In this document: one piece after another, positions 8,648-16,375 of the stretch
How the letters are laid out: the number at the start of each line of letters is the position of its first letter
How positions within the stretch are numbered: the first letter of the stretch is position 1
Source of the DNA: a virus
Taxonomy: Duplodnaviria; Caudoviricetes
IMG/VR virus record: IMGVR_UViG_3300025018_002594
Span: 1 to 35,229 of that record
DNA: 35,229 bases
Strand: one strand, 5' to 3'
Made by a program: the position numbers and the translations under genes
Notes under the pieces: generated by a model
The model's database searches: none
Told to the model about the DNA's origin: nothing
Seen by the model: the letters and a program-made list of their open reading frames with translations, nothing else

Positions 8648-9760
8648 ATGCGCAAACATAAATTAGGTGGCACATTACCGCAGCGCGATGTCGAAAGCTC
8701 GCTGGAGGGCTATGTAGTGGCTGCATTGAACGGTGTACCGGCAAGCGAGCGGGGTGAATACCTTTGTGATTGCCCACAATGCGGTAAACGAAAACTATAT
8801 GTGAACGTTGTGAGTGGATTGGCGCATTGCTTTCACGCGGATTGTTTGTATTCGGCACATCTTGCAAAGTTAATACAAGATGTTGACGGTTGCGATATAT
8901 CAGAAGCGCGCAAGCGGGCGCATGCGTTGCTCGACGATGATGGTAGTTTTTGCAATACAACGCAATGTAAGAACGCAAACGAAACGGAAACGCGTAACGA
9001 TACGCTTGCACGCTTCACAACGTATCTCGCAAACGGTACACACAAAGCAAATGATACGGTATTGCAAAACGCAAACGATACGCAATGTACGATACCGCCC
9101 GGTTGTGTGCCCATTACTTCGCAATACGCAAAGCGGGCAGTGAACTATTTGCGTGCGCGGGGCGTCGCAGACGATACGATGTTGGATTACGTATTGCAGT
9201 TTTGTATTTCGCCGCAATCGCATGAGCACGAACGCTATCGTTCGCATATCGTGTTTCCGTTTTATGAAACGAAAAAGAACGGTACACAAAAATTAGTTTA
9301 TTGGACTACGCGCCGTACGTACGAAACAAAAGATACTCACTTGCCGAAGTCGTATCATCCGAGCGGTATACCAAAGCCAAATATAATTGGCGCGCAATAC
9401 GTGCAGGGCGATGATGTGTTTATCGTTGAGGGGCCAATGGATATGCTTGCGTTTCCGTATCGTGCAATACCGTTGCTCGGTTCGTCCATGACCGAGCAGA
9501 CTGCGCGTGCGTTGTGCAAGCGATACAAATCAATCACGCTGATGCTGGATAACGATGCGCGTCGCAGTCGTGTGCAATGTGCGGAAATCTTATTGCGATA
9601 CGCCAACGATGCAAGCATTGCGTGCTATGTGCTCGTGCCGCGCACCGATCCTGCCGATATGATGTGCGAGATACCGGGTGCATCGTTGCGCATTGATACA
9701 GTGCAGGCGCAACGCGTGCGGTTGGAATTGAGTATGCTCCATCAACTGTATTATCTGTAA
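8648..9760 (+). CDS. DNA primase (N-terminal Zn finger plus TOPRIM domain)
   Basis: CPQC...HCFHADC zinc-binding motif; TOPRIM motifs 'IVEGPMD' and 'MLDND'; adjacent to the helicase. AGGAGG RBS. Confidence 0.88.
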   Translation: MRKHKLGGTLPQRDVESSLEGYVVAALNGVPASERGEYLCDCPQCGKRKLYVNVVSGLAHCFHADCLYSAHLAKLIQDVDGCDISEARKRAHALLDDDGSFCNTTQCKNANETETRNDTLARFTTYLANGTHKANDTVLQNANDTQCTIPPGCVPITSQYAKRAVNYLRARGVADDTMLDYVLQFCISPQSHEHERYRSHIVFPFYETKKNGTQKLVYWTTRRTYETKDTHLPKSYHPSGIPKPNIIGAQYVQGDDVFIVEGPMDMLAFPYRAIPLLGSSMTEQTARALCKRYKSITLMLDNDARRSRVQCAEILLRYANDASIACYVLVPRTDPADMMCEIPGASLRIDTVQAQRVRLELSMLHQLYYL

Positions 9761-9860
9761 TATTACTCATAACGTGCCTGAATAAACGCGCATTTCATTG
9801 GGGTTCTAAATAATGCGTTGACGTAAACCATTGATATATAAGGGGTTATAACTATTTTAT

Positions 9861-9897
9861 TTTTTTGTTGCAATTTTGCAGCAATATAATGTACAAT
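9861..9897 (+). promoter_or_regulatory. Putative sigma70-type early promoter
   Basis: AT-rich tract with TATAAT at 9885-9890, and TTGCAA (9868-9873) 18 nt before TACAAT (9892-9897). Immediately upstream of the long non-coding structured region. Confidence 0.55.
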
Positions 9898-9912
9898 TAG
9901 GTATAGAACATT

Positions 9913-10700
9913 TGAACCGTACCTGCTAACAAGCGCAGGACAAGGCGTGCAACAAACGGCCCGGGATGACATGACGCGCATCGAGCGCGAAGAGACTCCC
10001 CGAAAAGCGGTGGCGAAGATAAACGATGTTGCGCACAGAGCCGATAGGCCGATAACACGGATCACATCGTGACTTGGGAAAGTGATAATAATTGAATCGA
10101 ATAGCCACCCCGCAATAGCGGCGGGGTAAAACGCACAACGCAAACGCGTAGCGGCAGACAGATATTGTATGCAGCGCGGAAACGAAATGCGGGCGGCATA
10201 TACGTAGCGGGGAAACCTTTACATACATTCACACGCGGGGCGACGAAGCGGACCGGGTGATGAAAGCAACGTATATGATAAGCACACGGCAACCCTCACC
10301 TACAAATCACGGCAAAGCAAATCATGGCTTGCACGTGCTCGATGCAGAAGCGACTTGAGTTTGTCGCCGACGCTTCATATGTAATTCGGCCCTGGAAGGC
10401 TACAGCGTTTGGTTATGCAAACGCCGTGAACAAATCTCTGCATTGTATGCAGGTACGATTCACACGGCGACGCGCACAACGCAAACGACGCCAAGAAATC
10501 CGATAGCGTATGAATCCAATCGTTAGGCTCTGATGAAATGCACTAAGTGCGAAAAGATGGAGCTTACACGCCATAGCGTGGCGATTTGAAATTGAACATG
10601 TAGCGCGAACGAATGCACGTTGAGTGCGAACAAATGCGCAGCGGTCAAGCAAAGATTTCCTGATGTAGCGTCAAATGCGAAAGCGTTTGGATGTTGAGGA
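9913..10700 (+). ncRNA. Candidate large structured non-coding RNA or leader (class not recognised)
   Basis: No ORF with an RBS. Long-range helices 9913-9926/10449-10462 (13/14 bp), 9978-9989/10334-10345 (12 bp), 10197-10208/10266-10277 (11/12 bp), plus many local hairpins. Confidence 0.55.
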
Positions 10701-10703
10701 CAC

Positions 10704-10794
10704 CTTTCGAGAAATCGAAACACGCGGCTGGTTTATCCGCCGCGTGTCGTTGCACGGTGGCTCGTGCAACCTGATGATGATAGCCAATCGAAAG
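10704..10794 (+). ncRNA. Type II hammerhead ribozyme with pseudoknot; predicted cleavage after C10748 (GUC)
   Basis: GAAA 10717-10720; stem III cacgcggc/gccgcgtg; UC 10747-10748; stem I gttgcacg/cgtgcaac with loop gtggct; CUGAUGA 10771-10777 plus one extra U; stem II atc/gat extended by ctttcga/tcgaaag; loop-I TGGCT pairs with AGCCA 10782-10786. Confidence 0.88.
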
Positions 10795-10817
10795 AACACA
10801 ACCCAAAGGACAGAGCA

Positions 10818-11132
10818 ATGAAAACGCAAATGCAAACATGGTACGTGACAGTTGAGAATGATGACACCAATAAACTCGAATCAGTTCACGCATTCAGTAC
10901 GAATGCAGCGGCAGGATGTTTTGTTGAGCATGTGCGTAAATCGAATGCTAACGAGAGCCGCAGTACCGCATATCATGCGGAAGTGAAGAGCGGACGTTGC
11001 TACCAAGTTGCCTGTCACGCAAATGGAAAGGGTAAGCAACTCGTAACGTTGAACGTTGTGCTTGATCGAATGACTCTTGTTGGTGATAACAAGCGTCATT
11101 ATTATGGCATCAAGTTTGTTGACCATCGTTAA
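10818..11132 (+). CDS. Hypothetical early protein
   Basis: ATG at 10818 with AAGGACAG RBS, directly downstream of the hammerhead. Confidence 0.7.
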   Translation: MKTQMQTWYVTVENDDTNKLESVHAFSTNAAAGCFVEHVRKSNANESRSTAYHAEVKSGRCYQVACHANGKGKQLVTLNVVLDRMTLVGDNKRHYYGIKFVDHR

Positions 11133-11185
11133 ATCAAATCGAACACAATCGAATACAAACGAAACCCAAACGAGAGGATAGAACA

Positions 11186-11539
11186 ATGAAACTCAGCAAA
11201 ATGTACGATGACGGACAAGAAGAATACGTGGATGACGACAGCGCTGCGGCGCTCGAATCACTACCTGAAAGCGCCTGGGCGCACATCGTAGAGGCCGGCA
11301 AGGCCCTGACGCGCGGCGGCGATAGCCCCGGGATCGACTTTCAAGTCGTCACAACCCGCGAAACGATTGAGAATTTCCTAGACGCCAGACGGTCTTGGAA
11401 TGAAATGGGCCGCCGCGTGGATTGGCAAGAAACCCCCCGCGTAATCATCTTCGAGGATATGCAAGCCCTTAAAGGTCAGTGGCGGGCGTCTATTGCAGTT
11501 ATCGACTTCGGCGACGTGCGCGCCGTGTTGACGGTATAA
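11186..11539 (+). CDS. Hypothetical early protein
   Basis: 117 aa with CGAGAGGATAG RBS. Confidence 0.75.
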   Translation: MKLSKMYDDGQEEYVDDDSAAALESLPESAWAHIVEAGKALTRGGDSPGIDFQVVTTRETIENFLDARRSWNEMGRRVDWQETPRVIIFEDMQALKGQWRASIAVIDFGDVRAVLTV

Positions 11540-11603
11540 TTTTTGAAGCTGCATTAACCCAAAACGCATCTCTGAGCACAATAAATTGCAACATAACTTC
11601 ACC

Positions 11604-11644
11604 GTAGACCGCGTGCCGTCGTATTGTGCGGCGGCACGCATCAC
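11604..11644 (+). repeat. Intergenic hairpin element, copy 1 (copy 2 at 12384-12424)
   Basis: gcgtgccgtcgta-ttg-tgcggcggcacgc forms a 13-bp stem; a near-identical copy lies 780 bp downstream. Confidence 0.8.
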
Positions 11645-11670
11645 ACAACCCGAAACGAGAGGACACGATC

Positions 11671-11895
11671 ATGATAGCAATTACACATATTACGCTCGAT
11701 AAAGAAGGGCGCACGCGGTATGGCACCATTCATATCAATGGTGTTAACACCAAGGGGTCGATTACGTATTATGCAGATCGTTCTTACGATATCACACCCG
11801 CATGGTTGGAGCAGCGCGCTATCAATCTTGCCGGTGGCAAAGGTGCGTTTCGCCGCGCGTTAAACGAAGCAATGACTCAGGAGCACGTATCATGA
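11671..11895 (+). CDS. Hypothetical early protein
   Basis: ATG at 11671 with CGAGAGGACA RBS. Confidence 0.7.
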   Translation: MIAITHITLDKEGRTRYGTIHINGVNTKGSITYYADRSYDITPAWLEQRAINLAGGKGAFRRALNEAMTQEHVS

Positions 11896-12149
11896 GTACA
11901 GGAAACGTTCTACAACTGCAACGTCGCGACGCATTCACTTACGCAATCCGTGACACGGCACGACGCCGGTGGTTCATCGAGCGCATCGATAAGCGCTGCT
12001 GGCAATTGATTTCACCATTCACAAAATCGCCGGTATATGTCTTTGAGACGCGAGCCGAAGTGCTTGAAGAGGCTGCGCTCATGGTGAGCGTTAATGTGCT
12101 TACGTATGAGCTTGATCGTAATCACAACGTAACTATAACGAGGAGTTGA
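11892..12149 (+). CDS. Hypothetical early protein
   Basis: ATGA overlap with the previous stop; AGGAG RBS. Confidence 0.65.
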   Translation: MSTGNVLQLQRRDAFTYAIRDTARRRWFIERIDKRCWQLISPFTKSPVYVFETRAEVLEEAALMVSVNVLTYELDRNHNVTITRS

Positions 12150-12153
12150 TATC

Positions 12154-12360
12154 ATGACCCACACGAAACAAGAACTGATTTGCTGGTTGCGCGGACTTGC
12201 GAGTGCGCGCCCTTCAAACAAGACCGATACCGAGTTTGAATTGCGTGAACGCGGCACTGCCGTTGCGTTGCTGCTGGAATACATCGACGATGATGATGTA
12301 ACGCAGGCGTACTTCGCAGCCATCGGCGTATCGTCTGGTAGTCGCCGACCTATTGCTTAA
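12154..12360 (+). CDS. Hypothetical early protein
   Basis: 68 aa with GAGGAG RBS. Confidence 0.6.
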   Translation: MTHTKQELICWLRGLASARPSNKTDTEFELRERGTAVALLLEYIDDDDVTQAYFAAIGVSSGSRRPIA

Positions 12361-12383
12361 TCAATACATACGCATACGCACAC

Positions 12384-12424
12384 GTATACCGCGTGCCGTT
12401 GTATTGGGTGACGGCACGCTTCAC
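12384..12424 (+). repeat. Intergenic hairpin element, copy 2
   Basis: gcgtgccgttgt-attgg-gtgacggcacgc; differences from copy 1 within the stem preserve pairing. Confidence 0.8.
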
Positions 12425-12457
12425 GTTTGAACACAATCCAAAGAGGACACGAATCAA

Positions 12458-13702
12458 ATGAAAAATAAAGTCAAAAAGCAAACGGCAACACTCACTAGCC
12501 CGGTGTTACTTAAGCGCGTGAACAAAGTCTTGGGTACATTGCGCAAGCACAGTATCGAGCAGGACGACTTGCTCGAAACGCTCATGCTCGCAACGCTCAC
12601 GAAGGAGCATGTAATATTCATTGGCCCGTGGGGCGTCAACAAAACCGCGACCATCGAGAATTTCATGCACTTAATTGGGGCCAACGGTGATTTGTTTAGC
12701 ATCACCATCGACAACACGACGCAGCCCGAAGCGTTGCTCGGGCCGTATGCGCCGCGTGAACTGATTGAGAACAATCGGTACATCCGCAACATTGAAGGCT
12801 CGATACTGCAAAGCCGATATGCGTTCATTGGTGAAGTGTTCAATGGCAACGCCGCCACACGGCACGCGTTGCACCGTGTGCTTAATGAGCGCAAGTTTGA
12901 AAACGGCGGTAGCACCTTTGATATTCCATTGCAGTCGGCGTTCTTCGATAGCAATCAGTATCCTGCTCGAAAAGAAGACAAACCGTTCTACGATCGCATT
13001 CTATTTCGTGCGGCGGTGTGGCCCACGCAAAACGTTGAAACGTTGCAGCGCATCTTGCATTGTTCGCTCATGGTGCGTGACGTAAAAGTGACGCCAACGT
13101 TATTGAATGCGCAAATGCTGCGGGTTATTCGTAAACTTATTGCAACGACCGTGACCATGACGGAGATTGCTGAGCAAGAGTTCTTGAGTCTGTTCGTTAA
13201 GTTGCAGGCCAAAGATATTGCATTGTCGCCACGCCGTTGGTATAAAGCGTTTCACGCGTTGCCAACGATTGCATGGTTGGATGGCTGCGATTGTGTTGAG
13301 CCTTGCCATTTACTTGGTTTACGCCATATTCTTTGGGATAACGCATCTGACATTCCGGTATTGACCAATATCCTTGAGTCGTATCGCGGTATGACACTCG
13401 TTGCAAAAGAAAAAGCCAGCCTGAAAGAGGGCGTGTTGATTCTTGAAAGTATTCTCGGCGGGCGTAATCTCGATGATGTATCTGATGTGACTACGCTTTC
13501 GCGCGGCGAATACGATGCAACGATGGCCAGCCTGCAAAACATTCGTACTACGCTTATTACGAGTGAATCGATTGCCGAGTTGGATGGCATTATGGCGCGC
13601 GCCCAAAAAATCTTGCAAGCGCGTAAGTCCTCAGACGTGGATTCGTTTTTTGATACCACGTTCAAGGATGGCCCGCCTGCCGATGACAAAGGCGACCAAT
13701 GA
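12458..13702 (+). CDS. MoxR-family AAA+ ATPase (RavA-like)
   Basis: Walker A GPWGVNKT, 'TQPEALLGP', Walker B-position 'AFIGEVF', 'LNERKFENG', 'DSNQ', 'FYDR'. Followed by a VWA gene. Confidence 0.85.
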   Translation: MKNKVKKQTATLTSPVLLKRVNKVLGTLRKHSIEQDDLLETLMLATLTKEHVIFIGPWGVNKTATIENFMHLIGANGDLFSITIDNTTQPEALLGPYAPRELIENNRYIRNIEGSILQSRYAFIGEVFNGNAATRHALHRVLNERKFENGGSTFDIPLQSAFFDSNQYPARKEDKPFYDRILFRAAVWPTQNVETLQRILHCSLMVRDVKVTPTLLNAQMLRVIRKLIATTVTMTEIAEQEFLSLFVKLQAKDIALSPRRWYKAFHALPTIAWLDGCDCVEPCHLLGLRHILWDNASDIPVLTNILESYRGMTLVAKEKASLKEGVLILESILGGRNLDDVSDVTTLSRGEYDATMASLQNIRTTLITSESIAELDGIMARAQKILQARKSSDVDSFFDTTFKDGPPADDKGDQ

Positions 13703-13716
13703 TATATAATTTATAC

Positions 13717-13784
13717 TGAGTGCGTGCGCTTCATTGGAGCGTCGCGATTTGTTTACATACTGTAGCGTGAAGCGCACGCACTCA
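13717..13784. repeat. 17-bp perfect inverted repeat between the AAA+ and VWA genes
   Basis: tgagtgcgtgcgcttca (13717-13733) / tgaagcgcacgcactca (13768-13784), 34-nt spacer. Confidence 0.85.
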
Positions 13785-13829
13785 TTACCGAAACACAATT
13801 CAACACAACACAACCGAGAGGACACTATT

Positions 13830-16229
13830 ATGAACACAGATAAAAAAGCAACGCGACATGTTGCCAAATATTTTGGGCGCGACCTTACGCGAGCGCTTAT
13901 TACCAGCGGGTGCGGTACGAAACGCGTCAGCGTAGATACGTACGAAATGCCAACCGTCTCGCGTAAAGGGAAACTTAATTTCCATACTACGCGGGATGTG
14001 CCACGCGTATTGTACGAATCGTTTTCAAGTATACCATATCAGTCACAATTTTTTGATCGTATGATTGATGCGGTACTCTTGCGGACGCCTCAGTACCGCT
14101 CGGTCACAATGCAGTTAACGCAACGCGCTTATAACGCAATGGACGCTGCGATAGATGATGCGCAACACCATGCACATTTCGACGTTGATGTGGTAACGCG
14201 GCATTTTCTTTGCGTTGATCATGTGACCAGCGGCACGGGCTGCATGTTTACTTTGTTCCCCGATGTTGTGCGCTTGCTCTATTGGGGCATTCCGACGTTA
14301 CATACTCGTACGGCAGCGGGTAAAATGCTTGACGCTATATATAGCAATAAGGACTTCGCCGACTTGCATGCGAAGACGAAGTATAATTTAATGGCGTCGC
14401 TCGCGGCGGCATACGATTTACTCACTCAACAGATGCAAACAATCTATGAGAACAATACGCTCACGGATGTTATTGAACAAACTGCCGCAAAAGAAGCAGC
14501 ACAACAAGCGCAAGCGCAATCGCAAGCATCACAATCGCAAGCATCACAAGCGCAGTCTAAATCACAAGCGCAAGCACGCGCAATAGATAGCAGCGTAATG
14601 AATGATGCGCAAGGCGTCGCTCAATATGCCGATAAGTTGCAAGCCAAGATGCAACATCAATCATCCGATAGTGTAACTGTGACGCGTCGGTGCAAGGATT
14701 TAAGCGCTAAACTCACCGAGGCACAGCGCAGCGCATTTGCACAACAACTTGATTCGATGGATGTAAATGATGCAACGTCCGGAGAAAGTGGTGGTGGTGG
14801 TGCGCATTATGATTCCAACTCGGCAACGTTTGACTTTGATGCGTCGCAATCACAACAACAAGCCACCGGGCAAAGCGGTGCGGGTACATCCGCAAGCGCA
14901 CAACAACCGCATTCCGTATCGGATTGTTTTGCGACCATTAAGACATTCGCGAAATTGTCCGCCATACATAATAAGCATAACACAACATCCGTAATGATCG
15001 AACATATCGATGCGCAAGGCAACAAGCACAATATTCGTACGCTCGCGCTTGCAAATGGTGCGCGCTTCATCGATGCACTCGATACAGACGGCATGCACGG
15101 GGATGCCTATCGCTACGCAACATCGTCTAGCGTACATGCAATCGATGCCACGTTGGAAGTGATGGGAGCGCTCGATGCCGGTTATCGTGCAATCGAATCC
15201 GAAACGTCATTTGGGAATGGTGCATACGCAGACATGACACTTGGCAGTAATATTCACAAAGTCCCCGCCAGCATGTTGCACACGGTATACGCTAAGGAGT
15301 TTCAACCGATGTTATATACGCGGTTAGCCGAGGGCATGCTACCCAACGTGCAACACATTTCGCAATCAGACAAAGGGCACGGGCCGGTAATTATTTGTGC
15401 CGACCTGAGTGGCAGTACCGCCGAGCCAATTTGTTCGGGACATGCGCACGAAGTAGGTGAGCATAATGCAATATACAATGTGCCGCGCATCGCACTTATT
15501 AAGGCGCTTGCATTGTTGTTCTATCGCAAGTTGCGCGCCGACGGACGCACGGTTATCTTGCTGCCATTTACCAATCAGCCCTTGCGCTATATGGAGGTTA
15601 TCGCAACCGATTCAAGCGTGCTCAAGCAATCGTTGGCCGAACGCAAACGCAGGCTCGCATTGTTCTTGTCCGCTAATCCAAACGGCGGTACATCTTTTAA
15701 TAATGTGCTGTATCGCGTGACCGGATTGCTTACCAATTTTCAGGAGGAGAATACATTAAACGGTGCGGATGTCATTTACATCACCGACGGCGATTGTAGT
15801 TCGTCCACGCGCAAGCATGTGCTGCACGATGTACAACAAGCGCACGCCAATGTGCGTAGCGTATTCAACAAGGACATGGGTAGTGTGTTTGACGCACCAG
15901 CATATAAGTTCGCCGGTGTGTTGCCGCAGTTTCAGAAAGACATTGTGTTGCCCGACAACACGCGCATCTACGGCGTGCTCGTTGCGCCCGATGCGTTTTA
16001 CGGCGTACCGCAATCCCCTAATTATGATAAGATGCGCGGCAATTGGGTATTCCCATCCGTGCATTGGCCGAAGCATGGTGAAACGGATGCGCCTTGTATT
16101 TTCGATTGTGTAGCCGAACTCGGTTATACTTCTGAGTCTACATTGGCGGGGTTGCGCATGCTGTACGAAGAAATTCTTAAGCGCAGCGTGTACGATTTCG
16201 AAGACACCGATAGTTACGTTACGTTGTAG
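13830..16229 (+). CDS. VWA-domain protein (ViaA-like partner of the MoxR ATPase)
   Basis: MIDAS 'IICADLSGS', 'NGGTSF', 'DVIYITDG'. Q/A/S-rich linker containing a 15-bp tandem repeat at 14517-14546. ATG at 13830 with CGAGAGGACA RBS. Confidence 0.85.
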   Translation: MNTDKKATRHVAKYFGRDLTRALITSGCGTKRVSVDTYEMPTVSRKGKLNFHTTRDVPRVLYESFSSIPYQSQFFDRMIDAVLLRTPQYRSVTMQLTQRAYNAMDAAIDDAQHHAHFDVDVVTRHFLCVDHVTSGTGCMFTLFPDVVRLLYWGIPTLHTRTAAGKMLDAIYSNKDFADLHAKTKYNLMASLAAAYDLLTQQMQTIYENNTLTDVIEQTAAKEAAQQAQAQSQASQSQASQAQSKSQAQARAIDSSVMNDAQGVAQYADKLQAKMQHQSSDSVTVTRRCKDLSAKLTEAQRSAFAQQLDSMDVNDATSGESGGGGAHYDSNSATFDFDASQSQQQATGQSGAGTSASAQQPHSVSDCFATIKTFAKLSAIHNKHNTTSVMIEHIDAQGNKHNIRTLALANGARFIDALDTDGMHGDAYRYATSSSVHAIDATLEVMGALDAGYRAIESETSFGNGAYADMTLGSNIHKVPASMLHTVYAKEFQPMLYTRLAEGMLPNVQHISQSDKGHGPVIICADLSGSTAEPICSGHAHEVGEHNAIYNVPRIALIKALALLFYRKLRADGRTVILLPFTNQPLRYMEVIATDSSVLKQSLAERKRRLALFLSANPNGGTSFNNVLYRVTGLLTNFQEENTLNGADVIYITDGDCSSSTRKHVLHDVQQAHANVRSVFNKDMGSVFDAPAYKFAGVLPQFQKDIVLPDNTRIYGVLVAPDAFYGVPQSPNYDKMRGNWVFPSVHWPKHGETDAPCIFDCVAELGYTSESTLAGLRMLYEEILKRSVYDFEDTDSYVTL

Positions 16230-16255
16230 CGCATAACGCATGTCAAACAAGTTGG

Positions 16256-16355
16256 TGATAGTATAACGGCGTGATGGGCGTGTGGCTCATGATGCGATGT
16301 GATTAGCGCGCGGGCGTTGTTGCTTGCTGTCCTCTCGCAACGACACTCGCTTTCA
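16256..16355 (+). ncRNA. Candidate small RNA or leader with an anti-RBS loop (UGUCCUCUC)
   Basis: Extended -10-like TG-A-TAGTAT (16256-16264); hairpin 16310-16323/16337-16350 (13/14 bp) followed by ttt; loop is the reverse complement of the recurrent GAGAGGACA RBS. Confidence 0.5.
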
Positions 16356-16375
16356 ATTGAATGGAGTGAAATGCA

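Noticed and set aside
10524-10567. Second CUGAUGA...hairpin...GAAA resembling a hammerhead core
   Set aside because: There are three extra nucleotides before stem II and no stem III or NUH site; taggctc/gagctta closes it as a simple multiloop. Treated as part of the larger structured region.
9763-10723. Short ORFs on both strands within the non-coding region (for example 10324-10506)
   Set aside because: They have no RBS and unnatural composition, and they overlap strong RNA helices.
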